Below, piece after piece: positions 1 through 9,692 of a stretch of DNA of 64,000 bases (the stretch's first letter is position 1; each line of letters begins with the position of its first letter). Position numbers and translations under genes: made by a program. This stretch comes from Patescibacteria group bacterium (GTDB lineage Bacteria > Patescibacteriota > Microgenomatia > UBA12405): the NCBI GenBank assembly GCA_023380755.1, contig JAMCSD010000006.1, positions 188,735 through 252,734 on the forward strand, written 5' to 3'. The notes under the pieces were generated by a model, which worked only from the letters and a program-made list of their open reading frames with translations, did not search any database and had not been told where the DNA came from.

Positions 1-63
1 GTTCTGGTAAGCCGCCAGGCTAAACAGTCCACTGATAATCATAATTATCAGTACATACCACAA
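1..63 (-). CDS. Probable sensor histidine kinase, N-terminal fragment (gene continues beyond the window start)
   Basis: Open frame on the minus strand from TTG at 63 (in-frame ATG at 42) reads (M)WYVLIIMIISGLFSLAAYQN. This is a TM helix directly downstream of the OmpR-type regulator. The function is inferred only from the usual RR-HK operon order. Confidence 0.3.
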   Translation of the reverse strand, partial: MWYVLIIMIISGLFSLAAYQN

Positions 64-70
64 TGTTAGT

Positions 71-772
71 TTAATTCGTGCCGATCGAAACATTGTTTTC
101 TACCCCCAGTTTATAACCAAATCCACGCACGGTATGGATCAACTCTGGACCTCGGGGGTAAGGCTTGTCGATTTTATTGCGTAAGTATCCAATATAGACT
201 TCCACGGTATTTGGCAGCACATCAGCCTCATAATCCCACACACTATTTATAATCTGGTCTTTAGTCACAATCGTATTGGCATGCCGCATTAAATATTCCA
301 GTAAGCTGAATTCTTTTCGGGAGAGGGGGATCGTGGTTCCATTTCGGTGAACTTCGAAGTTAATAGTATTCAGTTCCAAATCGGCTACCTTCAGTGTCGG
401 ACTCTGATGTTGAATTGGCCGTCTGCCCAAGGCTCTCACTCGGGCCAAAAGTTCCGCAAAAGCAAATGGTTTTACTAGATAATCATCAGCCCCACTATTC
501 AACCCGACCACCTTGTCCTCCAACTGCCCACGGGCGGTGAGAATCAAAATTGGCGTATGTTTACCATCTTGGCGTAACTTCCGACAAATTGTTAAGCCAT
601 CCATTATCGGCAGCATTAAATCCAAGACGATCACATCATAATTCCCCGAAGTTGCCAGGTCGTATCCTTCTTCGCCATCATAGGCCACATCCACCGTAAA
701 TGATTCCTGCTCCAACCCCTTTTTAATTGAGTTGGCAATTTTGTGTTCATCTTCAATGACCAATAGTTTCAT
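71..772 (-). CDS. OmpR/PhoB-family two-component response regulator (receiver plus winged-helix domain)
   Basis: MKLLVIEDE start, phospho-acceptor context VIVLDLMLP, ADDYLVKPF, and a C-terminal winged-helix stretch (LSRKEFSLLEYL, TVRGFGYKL). Confidence 0.95.
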   Translation of the reverse strand: MKLLVIEDEHKIANSIKKGLEQESFTVDVAYDGEEGYDLATSGNYDVIVLDLMLPIMDGLTICRKLRQDGKHTPILILTARGQLEDKVVGLNSGADDYLVKPFAFAELLARVRALGRRPIQHQSPTLKVADLELNTINFEVHRNGTTIPLSRKEFSLLEYLMRHANTIVTKDQIINSVWDYEADVLPNTVEVYIGYLRNKIDKPYPRGPELIHTVRGFGYKLGVENNVSIGTN

Positions 773-878
773 AAGTATCTATAGTATAAGACCAAGCTTA
801 AAACATCCTGAGAAGGAATGCTATCTGATAGGGTTTTTCCTAGTTGTTATAGGACATCAAGCATTTTAAATTAATTAC

Positions 879-2033
879 GTGAGAGACGAAAGGCAGCCCG
901 AGCTTGATCTGTTCGCCACTCCGCCTCTCCCTCCTCAAACCCGCATTCTACCGGATCACGGAGCATTTATTTTTCGCCAACCGCTTAAGCCCCGGGAAAA
1001 AATAGAACCTCAACCACAGCCTAAAAAAGAATCTTATCTTACCGGTAGTGTCAGTATTTCCGATCTCGAGCTAATTAGTCAAATAAAAAAAGGTCAGGGT
1101 TTCAACACCTCACCGGCGACTGACGAACAGGTCGTCGCTTCTTTTTCCGGGACTCAAATCCATCTGCTTCACAGTATTTTAGCGATAGTTTACCAATATC
1201 CTACCGAGATTACCCCCGAAATTATCCGCCGGCATTTTCCCACCGCGGAAGTTGCCTGGCGTAACTTTATGGTTAAAATGCTTAACGATTCCAATCCGAT
1301 CGATCCCTTAACACGCTGTCGCGACGCTTGGGACTCCTACCGTCACCAGCACCAGTTTGAAGACAGCCGCCAGCAATCTCTTTGGTTTCATGACAGTATC
1401 TCCCGGAAAGCCGATCTCCTAATTAACAATTGGGCTAAAGCTTATACGTCTGGCTCACTTCAATTTCTTCGTGGCCAGCATAATCATTTTCATGAGTATT
1501 CCAAAATTATCAACCTCGATTTCGGTTATCTTTCCACCGGGCAATCACTTCATCTCCAGACCACTATGAGGACCGACCTAATTACCCACGCTCACCATCG
1601 CCCCGACGTGGTCGTCTTTGACCTCAAAAATAAATTGCCAGATCTCGCTGACCCCGACACTTCATCCGTCCAGCTCCTGCAAGCCTATCTCATGTGCTTA
1701 GGAGTCAAAGCCTTAACTGACTCTTATTCCTATAATGGTAATCCTTCGGTTCTGCATCGTCCCAATGTCACCATCCCTCTTTGTGGGCCGACAATTCACA
1801 ACCATGTCGCCCACGACGATATTGGTCATGTCCGCTTTTCTTATATCACTCACCGTCTCTCACCCGACGGAAATACTTTCGAATGCCAAGAAGTGAACTT
1901 CCCCGCTGATATGGGGGAGAGATTAAAAACTGAAGCCACCTATATTGCCACCAACAAGGATAAGCTTTATTCCCAAATCAATCGCTACAAAAACAGCCGC
2001 GGCTTTAAGCAACCGCAAATTAGTATAAACTGA
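879..2033 (+). CDS. Hypothetical protein with a C-terminal RecB/Cas4-type PD-(D/E)XK nuclease-like core
   Basis: 384-aa ORF with GTG start. The ordered motifs RTDLI ... VVVFDLKNK ... QLLQAYL match the D / (D/E)xK / QxxxY pattern of RecB-like nucleases. The roughly 220-aa N-terminal part has no motif I recognise. Only 3 nt separate it from the downstream ATPase. Confidence 0.6.
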   Translation: MRDERQPELDLFATPPLPPQTRILPDHGAFIFRQPLKPREKIEPQPQPKKESYLTGSVSISDLELISQIKKGQGFNTSPATDEQVVASFSGTQIHLLHSILAIVYQYPTEITPEIIRRHFPTAEVAWRNFMVKMLNDSNPIDPLTRCRDAWDSYRHQHQFEDSRQQSLWFHDSISRKADLLINNWAKAYTSGSLQFLRGQHNHFHEYSKIINLDFGYLSTGQSLHLQTTMRTDLITHAHHRPDVVVFDLKNKLPDLADPDTSSVQLLQAYLMCLGVKALTDSYSYNGNPSVLHRPNVTIPLCGPTIHNHVAHDDIGHVRFSYITHRLSPDGNTFECQEVNFPADMGERLKTEATYIATNKDKLYSQINRYKNSRGFKQPQISIN

Positions 2034-2036
2034 ATT

Positions 2037-3899
2037 GTGGACCTTATTTATAGTTTTAAACTTAACCTTGTCATTCTTTTTCTCCTGCTTTTGGCCCTAT
2101 TACTAGCTGTTTTTCCTCCCTCCAAAAGCTTACCCTCGACTTCCCTCTATCTGATCTTCACCGCCATCCTGGCGACTTCTTTGGTTATTTTTGCGGCTGT
2201 GAATTCGTTACTGAAGCATAAGATTACCGTCGACCAATTGGCCTCGATTGCCCTCATTGTCTCTTTTATTCATCAGGAGTGGCTTTCAGTGGCTTTTATC
2301 AACCTGATGATTATTTCCGCCAGAATTTTTGCCATTTATACTGAAACCAAAGCCAAAAATACTATTAAAAGCCTCTTGAAATTAAGGCCGTCTACGGTTA
2401 AGGTTAAACGCTTCGGGGTAGTCGTCAATGTTCCTATCGAGCACCTTAAAGTCGGCGATTTAGTTGTCATCGACTCCGGTGATCGGGTGCCTGTCGATGG
2501 TTTGGTCCTTGCCGGACGGGCTGACCTTGACCAATCATCACTTACCGGTGAATCGCTACCGGTTTTAGTGGATGTTAATCACCACGTTTATAGCTCCACC
2601 CTCTGCCTTTCCGGTTCCCTGCTCGTCCGGGCCGATAAAGTCGGGGCGGATACTACTTTTCAAAAAATTGTTAAATTAGTCGAGTCGGCCCAAGCCAATA
2701 AAGTTCGTTTTCAAACTGTGGCCGAAAAATTTGCCTCCTGGTACATTCTGATTACTCTCGTTTCTTCAGCCGCTATTTATCTTATTTCTCAAAATCTTAA
2801 TCTGGTTCTTGCCTTCTTGCTGGTCACTTGTGCTGACGACATTGCTGTGGCTGTTCCTTTAGCTTATTGGGCGGCGATTGCCAATGCGGCCAAGAAGGGG
2901 ATTATCATCAAAGGTGGCAATTATTTGGAGGCTCTTTCCCAGGCCAAAGTCTTAGTCACCGACAAAACTGGTACTCTCACCCGTGCTCGGCTTAAAGTTA
3001 TTCAAATCACTCCCTTATCCGATAAATTTAATATTGAAAAAATCCTTTATTACGCTGCTAACGCTGAATCGGTTTCCGAGCACCCCATTGCCAAGGCTAT
3101 TATTCGCGACGCTCGTCTGCGCCAAATCCATTATCACGCTCCAGAGAAATTTGAAGAACATCCGGGTGGCGGTATCACTGGTCGCAGTGCGTCTCAATTA
3201 GTGGATATTGGTAGTCCCAAATACCTTCATCAGAGTAAGCACATCGCCCTCGGTCCCAAGGTTAAAATGGAAATTACTAAATGGGAAAAAGTCGGGGCTA
3301 CCACCGTACTTCTAGCTATCAACCACCAGCTAGTTGGTTTAATTGCTCTGGAGGATGAAGTCAAGCCGGAAGTTCCCGCCAGTGTCAAAGAATTAAGCCG
3401 CCTTGGTATTTCCCGTTTCGTTCTCCTTACCGGGGATAATGAATATGCCGCGGCCAATATTGCCCAAAAAACCGGCATCCATGAAGTTTACGCTAATAGT
3501 AAACCCGAGGATAAAGTCCACTTTATTGAACGGAATATCCATACTCCCGCTAAGCTTATTTACGTTGGTGATGGCGTCAATGATGCTGCTTCCTTAGCTG
3601 CGGCCGATGTTAGTTTTGCCATGGGAGCCATTGGTACCGATAGCGCTATCGAATCTGCCGACATTGCCATCATGGATGACAAATTCAGCCACATTGCCTC
3701 GACTATCAAATTAGCCCAATTCACCAAAAGTATTGTGGTTACTGATTTTACGCTTTGGGGTATAGTCAACCTGATCGGCTTATACCTAGCCTTTGCCGGT
3801 TTGATTAATCCTAGTCAAGCTGCCTTTTATAACTTTGTAACCGACTTTTTGCCTCTTTTTAATTCCTTCCGTCTTTTCAACTATTCACTTAAAAAATAG
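2037..3899 (+). CDS. P-type ATPase, P1B-like architecture with a non-canonical TM6 motif
   Basis: TGES (A domain), DKTGTLT (phosphorylation site), GDGVNDA (hinge). There is no N-terminal metal-binding domain. CADD (2829-2840) occupies the position of the CPC/CPx motif. Confidence 0.9.
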   Translation: MDLIYSFKLNLVILFLLLLALLLAVFPPSKSLPSTSLYLIFTAILATSLVIFAAVNSLLKHKITVDQLASIALIVSFIHQEWLSVAFINLMIISARIFAIYTETKAKNTIKSLLKLRPSTVKVKRFGVVVNVPIEHLKVGDLVVIDSGDRVPVDGLVLAGRADLDQSSLTGESLPVLVDVNHHVYSSTLCLSGSLLVRADKVGADTTFQKIVKLVESAQANKVRFQTVAEKFASWYILITLVSSAAIYLISQNLNLVLAFLLVTCADDIAVAVPLAYWAAIANAAKKGIIIKGGNYLEALSQAKVLVTDKTGTLTRARLKVIQITPLSDKFNIEKILYYAANAESVSEHPIAKAIIRDARLRQIHYHAPEKFEEHPGGGITGRSASQLVDIGSPKYLHQSKHIALGPKVKMEITKWEKVGATTVLLAINHQLVGLIALEDEVKPEVPASVKELSRLGISRFVLLTGDNEYAAANIAQKTGIHEVYANSKPEDKVHFIERNIHTPAKLIYVGDGVNDAASLAAADVSFAMGAIGTDSAIESADIAIMDDKFSHIASTIKLAQFTKSIVVTDFTLWGIVNLIGLYLAFAGLINPSQAAFYNFVTDFLPLFNSFRLFNYSLKK

Positions 3900-3919
3900 G
3901 TCGTAGTGTAGAATACGGC

Positions 3920-4975
3920 ATGATTGATCCGAGCGCCTTTGCTTACCACTTGCCGCCTGACTTAATTGCCGTTTCTCCCACCTCCCCGCGCGATCACTGC
4001 CGGCTACTTTGCGTTAACCGCTATACCGGCGAATTAACGCATCACCATTTTTATGAATTAAGCGAATTTCTCACTCCCAACGATGTCCTTGTTTTTAATC
4101 AGACCCGAGTTTTCCCTGCTCGCCTTTTTGGTCGCAAAAATACTGGGGGTCGGGTGGAAATACTGCTCCTCGAAAATCACACTCCCCGTCAGTGGCTGAC
4201 ACTCAGCCGTCCCGGCCTGAAAGCCAATACCGAGCTTAATTTTGATCACGGGCTTCAGGGGCGGGTCGTCAGTGTTGATCGGGACACGGGTGAAGTAGCA
4301 GTTGAATTTAACCAGGATCAGTCAACTCTTTACCAAACCTTAGATCGCATCGGCCATACTCCGATTCCACCCTACATTCATACTCAGGCACCCGAGACTA
4401 AACTTCGCCGTGATTACCAAACTGTTTATGCCCGAGTTTCCGGGTCAGCTGCTGCTCCTACGGCTGGACTGCATTTTACACCTGAGTTAATTAACCGATT
4501 GACCGCTCAGGGTGTTGACATCAAATATCTCACCCTTCATGTCGGTCTGGGCACCTTTAAGCCCTTAGAGACAAAAAATTTAGAGTCTGGTACCCTCCAC
4601 CGGGAATGGTACGATATTTCCCCTGATACCGCCGCAGATATTTTGCAGGCCAAAAAACAAGGCAAAAGAATTATCGCTGTCGGCACGACTACGGTACGCA
4701 CCCTCGAAAGCTTTGCTCGATCAAATAAGCTTACTGGTACCACCGATCTTTTCATTTATCCTCCATACCGTTTCCATCTTGTCGATAGTTTAATTACCAA
4801 CTTTCACCTGCCGGAATCCAGCTTATTAATGCTGGTTACTGCCTTCACCCATGCCCCCAACACTACTACCGCCTTCACCACCTTCCCCGAATCTTTTCTT
4901 GGTCGCGCCTACGAAACTGCTATCCAAGAGCATTACCGCTTTTTTAGTTTTGGCGATGCCATGTGGATTTACTAA
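3920..4975 (+). CDS. queA: S-adenosylmethionine:tRNA ribosyltransferase-isomerase
   Basis: Resembles QueA along its full length: YHLPPDLIA, VFNQTRVFPARL, HTPIPPYI, YQTVYA, AAPTAGLHF, GTTTVRTLES, NFHLPESSLLMLV, YRFFSFGDAM. Confidence 0.95.
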   Translation: MIDPSAFAYHLPPDLIAVSPTSPRDHCRLLCVNRYTGELTHHHFYELSEFLTPNDVLVFNQTRVFPARLFGRKNTGGRVEILLLENHTPRQWLTLSRPGLKANTELNFDHGLQGRVVSVDRDTGEVAVEFNQDQSTLYQTLDRIGHTPIPPYIHTQAPETKLRRDYQTVYARVSGSAAAPTAGLHFTPELINRLTAQGVDIKYLTLHVGLGTFKPLETKNLESGTLHREWYDISPDTAADILQAKKQGKRIIAVGTTTVRTLESFARSNKLTGTTDLFIYPPYRFHLVDSLITNFHLPESSLLMLVTAFTHAPNTTTAFTTFPESFLGRAYETAIQEHYRFFSFGDAMWIY

Positions 4976-5735
4976 CCCACTCTTTGTATATCCTTTCAAT
5001 TTTTTTGGCTGTTTCTTTAGGATCTTCTAGCCGAAGACTGTTGACCGATAATGGTGGGGAAAAATGAATGGTGATTAGGCCAAAGAAGCGCCCAATTAAT
5101 GGGATCATTTTAAAATAATCCCAATCTGAGGCTCCATCAATATAGGCCATTATTACCTTGGCGTTACTTTTAGATTGTATCTGGTTTACCAAATAACCCA
5201 CCCCCGAAAACCACTTGCCATTTTTCCGACCGGCGCTGGGGTACATCACCACCAGCTCCCCCCGACTGACTTTTTCTGCCGCTGACCTAATACTCTCAAT
5301 ATTCTTTTTGTGAGCAACTTCTTGGCTAAAACTAACATTGGCATGAATTTGCCTGAATAGCCAACCCTTATATTGCCCTCGATTATCCTCACCTTCATCG
5401 TGGTGGTGCACGTAAACAGGGATTAAATGTTTATCCCAATGCGGCAGGATTTTTAAAAAACTCGAATCGATCACCATATTAATATCCGGTCGATCGTTGA
5501 TGCCGGCGATTAAAGTCACCACATCCGATTCTCCGGGGTGGTTCGATAATAACAATACCGGCGATTCGCTTAAGGCTTTATCCACTTCGGCCGTCTTTCC
5601 TTTTACTACCAGGGGTGCGCCGGTCCTGTTGACCAGAGCCACCATCGCTTGCTGTAAACCCACTTTCTCAATTTTATGATCTAACCTTCCTCCCAAACGT
5701 CTTAGCAACCCCCAGCGTTGTAGCGACAATTCCAT
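4944..5735 (-). CDS. Lysophospholipid/glycerol-phosphate acyltransferase-like protein (PlsC superfamily)
   Basis: HX4D motif NHPGESD, and YPSAGRK in the position of the FPEGTR block. Its 3' end overlaps the queA 3' end by 32 nt (convergent). Confidence 0.6.
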   Translation of the reverse strand: MELSLQRWGLLRRLGGRLDHKIEKVGLQQAMVALVNRTGAPLVVKGKTAEVDKALSESPVLLLSNHPGESDVVTLIAGINDRPDINMVIDSSFLKILPHWDKHLIPVYVHHHDEGEDNRGQYKGWLFRQIHANVSFSQEVAHKKNIESIRSAAEKVSRGELVVMYPSAGRKNGKWFSGVGYLVNQIQSKSNAKVIMAYIDGASDWDYFKMIPLIGRFFGLITIHFSPPLSVNSLRLEDPKETAKKIERIYKEWVSKSTWHRQN

Positions 5736-5819
5736 ATAACCTTCATTGTAACAACTGCCTGACCGTTTTCCTAGCCACCTTTATAGATAAATAAAATTAA
5801 TGGTAGCTGTGCAGTTTTT

Positions 5820-5828
5820 TGTTATAAT
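5820..5828 (+). promoter_or_regulatory. Extended -10 element (TGtTATAAT) 6 nt upstream of the ATG at 5835; candidate leaderless promoter
   Basis: TG at 5820-5821, TATAAT at 5823-5828, ATG at 5835. No Shine-Dalgarno sequence lies between them. Confidence 0.5.
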
Positions 5829-5834
5829 TAACGC

Positions 5835-7643
5835 ATGCCTCCCATTCTCAAGATTATTACTTATACCCGTCGTTTTTGGCTCTGGTATCTACTGATGGCC
5901 ATTTTCGTCATCGCCGTTTCTCTGTTATCACTCGCCTCACCGTTGTTTAGTAAGCAAATAGTGGATTTGATTGTTAGCAAAGTAATCGGTACAGGTGCTA
6001 ATACCCAAAAATTGTTTTGGCTGCTGGGAGCTATCATCGCCGTGGACCTCCTTAGTTCCCTGCTCACCGCTATCGGCCAACAGATCGGTGACATTGTTTC
6101 AGTTCGTCTGCAATCATATCTCTCTTCCACCTTCTATCAGCACATCCTGGGATTACATGTTGGTTATTACGATAACGAAATTACCGGCAAAATTATTAAT
6201 AAAATGTACCGTGGCATTACCAGTATCTCCGAGTTTATCCAAGATGCTTTTAATAATTTTCTCCCCTTCTTCCTGACTGCTCTGGTTACTATTATCCTTT
6301 TAGCTCATTACTCACTTTTTATCAGCCTTCTACTCTTCATTCTTTTTCCGGTCTACATTTTAATCTCCCGCCAATCTTCCGTCGCTTGGGAAAAACACGA
6401 GGCTCAAAAAAATCAACGCAACGACCTTTCCCAGGGCCGGGTTTTTGAAAGTCTCACCGGCATTCGCATTGTCAAGTCCTTCGTCGCCGAAGTCCGAGAG
6501 CTCCAACAATTTATCTCTACCCGAAAGGAAATTGAAACTATCAGTGTCCGCCAGACTCGCGATTGGCACATTATCGATTTTCTCCGACGCGTCTTTTTAA
6601 ACCTCATTCTTTTTGCCATTTACGCTTATGTCGTCTTTTGGACCTTCAATGGGCACTTTACCATTGGTGAAATGACCTTACTTATCCAGTTAGTCAATCA
6701 GGCCCGTTTTCCTCTTTTTGCTATGTCCTTTATTTTAGGTCAAATCCAGCAGGCTAACGCTGGTTCGGCTGATTTTTTCAAAGTCTTGGAAATCGAGCCG
6801 CAAGTCCAAGACCTGCCCAACGCTTCCGTGCTCAAGATCAAACCATCCCCAAAGCCGGTCATTGAGTTTTCCCATGTCACTTTTGGTTATGACCCGCCAG
6901 AACCCGTCTTAAATGATATTTCGTTTGCACTTCACTCCGGGCAGCAATTAGCCTTGGTGGCCGAATCAGGGCAGGGGAAATCTACTATCGTTAACTTATT
7001 ATTACGCTATTACGAGCCGCAAGCTGGGGACATTTTTATAAATGGCCAAAACATCCAAAAAGTCACTCAAACCTCACTCCACCGAAATATCTCTGTAGTA
7101 TTCCAGGAGTCATTGCTCTTTTCTGGCACCATTCGTGAAAATATTGCTTACGGCCGACCGGGAGCTAGCCTTCAGGATATCGAAACTGCTGCCAAGGCCG
7201 CCAATGCTCATGATTTTATTATGAAACTTCCCCAACAATATAACAGTTTAGTCGGAGAGCGGGGAGTCAAATTATCCGGCGGTCAAAAACAGCGCATCGC
7301 TATCGCCCGAGCGATTCTCAAAGACGCTCCGATTGTTATCTTAGATGAAGCTACTTCTTCTCTGGACAGCCGGGCCGAGCTCCAGGTACAAAAGGGCTTA
7401 AATGAATTGATGAAAAATAAAACCTCCATTGTTATTGCCCACCGCCTCTCCACCATTGCTAACGCTGATTTAGTCCTGGCCATTGAAGAAGGCCGTATCA
7501 CTCAATTTGGTCCGCCGCGCCGTCTTTTAAAAAACCCCAACGGCTTATACGCCAAATTGATTAAACTTCAACGGCACCTTTTACGGGCGCCGGCCAATCC
7601 CAAAATCAGCCGCGAATTACAACAGTTTGATATTGTGGGGTAA
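5835..7643 (+). CDS. ABC exporter, fused permease/ATPase (MsbA-like type I exporter)
   Basis: N-terminal six-TM region, then Walker A ESGQGKST, signature LSGGQKQRIAIARA and Walker B VILDEATSSLD. Confidence 0.9.
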   Translation: MPPILKIITYTRRFWLWYLLMAIFVIAVSLLSLASPLFSKQIVDLIVSKVIGTGANTQKLFWLLGAIIAVDLLSSLLTAIGQQIGDIVSVRLQSYLSSTFYQHILGLHVGYYDNEITGKIINKMYRGITSISEFIQDAFNNFLPFFLTALVTIILLAHYSLFISLLLFILFPVYILISRQSSVAWEKHEAQKNQRNDLSQGRVFESLTGIRIVKSFVAEVRELQQFISTRKEIETISVRQTRDWHIIDFLRRVFLNLILFAIYAYVVFWTFNGHFTIGEMTLLIQLVNQARFPLFAMSFILGQIQQANAGSADFFKVLEIEPQVQDLPNASVLKIKPSPKPVIEFSHVTFGYDPPEPVLNDISFALHSGQQLALVAESGQGKSTIVNLLLRYYEPQAGDIFINGQNIQKVTQTSLHRNISVVFQESLLFSGTIRENIAYGRPGASLQDIETAAKAANAHDFIMKLPQQYNSLVGERGVKLSGGQKQRIAIARAILKDAPIVILDEATSSLDSRAELQVQKGLNELMKNKTSIVIAHRLSTIANADLVLAIEEGRITQFGPPRRLLKNPNGLYAKLIKLQRHLLRAPANPKISRELQQFDIVG

Positions 7644-8399
7644 TTATTCCGCCACATACCGGCTTACGCCCTCCCGGGCAAACACATTTGGCAGATCAGC
7701 AAACAGGTCAACTGGCATGAACGTTCTTAGTTTTACAAATTCCCAAAATCGGCTCTCCGCAGCCCAAGTTGAGCTATATGACTCCAGAGCCCGAAGCAGC
7801 CATTGGTCACTATTACCATAAGGCATCGCTTCTTTGGCACTCTCATAATCAGCCGCCAGTTTATCGGCAGCCCAAACCGCCTCCTTATAATCGTCAGTTT
7901 GGCTACCATGATTTTTACGGAATCTCTGCCCCGGTAATTGGGCCAAATCTTCAAAACCCGCTGCCGCCCGCTCTACCGCCTCATCACTAAAAAACCAGTA
8001 ACTTCTTTGAAAACCTCCCCGGTAATACCACCCCTCCATCCGTGAGTCGCCGCTTTCGTGTTCGTGTACTAGCCATAGTACCAGATACCAGTCCGGATGC
8101 CCCACATGATTGGCGGCGGTCACATAAATCGGTAAATAAATTTCCAGGTCCTGCTTCAGTTGGTCGTTGGTAAAGTTCTTAAACCCCCCTAAAACATATG
8201 GGTGTTTGTCAATAATTGGCACCAATACCTGGTGGTACCGGTTCCTGATTTCTTGGATATAAGACTTAAAATCTTCTTGAGTGGTGGCTGCCTCAACTAT
8301 TCTTGGTTGCGCTTCCCGGGGCGCAAAGGGGGACCCGGCATTCAGGGCTATGGTTAAGGAAAAAGCGGCGGCTAATTTGCTTAATTTTTTTCTCTCCAA
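7644..8399 (-). CDS. Secreted hypothetical protein
   Basis: TTG start and an N-terminal signal-like segment KLAAAFSLTIALNAG. The stretch HEHESGDS weakly recalls the lytic transglycosylase ES motif, which is not enough for a call. Confidence 0.55.
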   Translation of the reverse strand: MERKKLSKLAAAFSLTIALNAGSPFAPREAQPRIVEAATTQEDFKSYIQEIRNRYHQVLVPIIDKHPYVLGGFKNFTNDQLKQDLEIYLPIYVTAANHVGHPDWYLVLWLVHEHESGDSRMEGWYYRGGFQRSYWFFSDEAVERAAAGFEDLAQLPGQRFRKNHGSQTDDYKEAVWAADKLAADYESAKEAMPYGNSDQWLLRALESYSSTWAAESRFWEFVKLRTFMPVDLFADLPNVFAREGVSRYVAE

Positions 8400-8461
8400 C
8401 TAATACAAAATATATATTAGTTACCATGTTAGCATGATTTCGCCAATTAAACTGTGAAATT

Positions 8462-9574
8462 TTACACTGTTTTATTTGCGGTCGGCAGCATTTTCTTCAT
8501 AATAAAGGCATCCAACGTATATGGTGCCAGGATATATATCGATTCAAAAGCTAATACCGAAAGATCGTGTGAGGAAGGCATTTGGTGGGTCAACCAATAA
8601 GCAAAAATTGCCAAGAAAAAGGCATTTCTTAATGATACTCTCATTTGGACTTTCATGGCCTTGGCAATCATTTCTTTTTCCACTCCTCTCTTTTGCGCCT
8701 CCTCAGCCGCTTCTCGGTTATGCTTGTAACCCAAATAGATGGTCGCCAAAAAGGTGGCGACTGCCGTCACGATGTTAAAAGTCGTATTCTGCCGTGACAA
8801 ATCAGCCGTTAGCCACAAAAAACTAAATCCCACTGGGATATGTCTCAAAAAATAAGCCGAAGCAATCAGCAACACCCCTGCAATTCCTCCTAAGCCCATC
8901 AAAATTTTGTTGTAAGCAATCCGCACACTTAACACCTGTTTATTTTTCCACAGCAGTCTCCGCAATACTCGCCATAAGATCCTTAAAACCACCATTAATC
9001 CAATAATCAGAAGCCAAATCGCCAAAATCCGGGACCACGGTAAAGCTGTCGTCTTAGTTATCTTCAGAAACGGGAAGTAAAAAGTTGTCCCCTGCAAGGG
9101 GTAATCAGGATAGGGAATAAAATTATACAGATAGTGGGTGCTAATTTTCTCATAATAGAAATCAAGTAAAAACACCCTTCCGGCCGACACAAAAGCAATC
9201 GCCACCAACACGAAATTTAAAATATAAACTAATACTGAAGCGTCTCCCTCCCGCATCCTCTTTTTTACTAATAAGCCTTGTTCTTCGTTTTTCGTCTTTT
9301 CCAGGGCTTCCTCAAAATCCTTAAAATCTGGTAATAACTTTTCCCCTATCATCCGCAACGGTAAAAAGGCAATATTTTGAATTAGGCTCACCAAAATTAT
9401 CGACAGCCACACTACATGGGTGGCAAAATACAACCCAAAAAACATACTGGCATACAACTTAAAACTCCCGCCTCGAATAAACCAATACCCGATTAAAAGT
9501 AATATTCCGACAATAACGAAGGTGATTCTGGGCATCGAACGGGTATTGTCAATCTTCCGAATTTGTGAGATCAC
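8462..9574 (-). CDS. Multi-pass membrane protein, function unknown (a distant YidC/Oxa1-like layout is possible)
   Basis: 370 aa with about 6-8 hydrophobic helices and an amphipathic charged loop after the LIQNIAFLPLR helix. I saw no canonical YidC motif. Confidence 0.5.
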   Translation of the reverse strand: MISQIRKIDNTRSMPRITFVIVGILLLIGYWFIRGGSFKLYASMFFGLYFATHVVWLSIILVSLIQNIAFLPLRMIGEKLLPDFKDFEEALEKTKNEEQGLLVKKRMREGDASVLVYILNFVLVAIAFVSAGRVFLLDFYYEKISTHYLYNFIPYPDYPLQGTTFYFPFLKITKTTALPWSRILAIWLLIIGLMVVLRILWRVLRRLLWKNKQVLSVRIAYNKILMGLGGIAGVLLIASAYFLRHIPVGFSFLWLTADLSRQNTTFNIVTAVATFLATIYLGYKHNREAAEEAQKRGVEKEMIAKAMKVQMRVSLRNAFFLAIFAYWLTHQMPSSHDLSVLAFESIYILAPYTLDAFIMKKMLPTANKTV

Positions 9575-9692
9575 GCCTTATTATACAAATCTCCGCCGCC
9601 TTTTTTAAAATCTAACTATTTTAGAATTGACAGAATAGCCAGAATACTGATTTTATAGGGTAAATTATGCTACAATTATATTAAGCTAACCT

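Noticed and set aside
4944-4975. 32-nt convergent overlap of the queA and acyltransferase 3' ends as a regulatory antisense arrangement
   Set aside because: Short convergent overlaps are frequent throughout this very compact window (for example 48237-48244 and 60037-60044). Nothing specific singles this one out.
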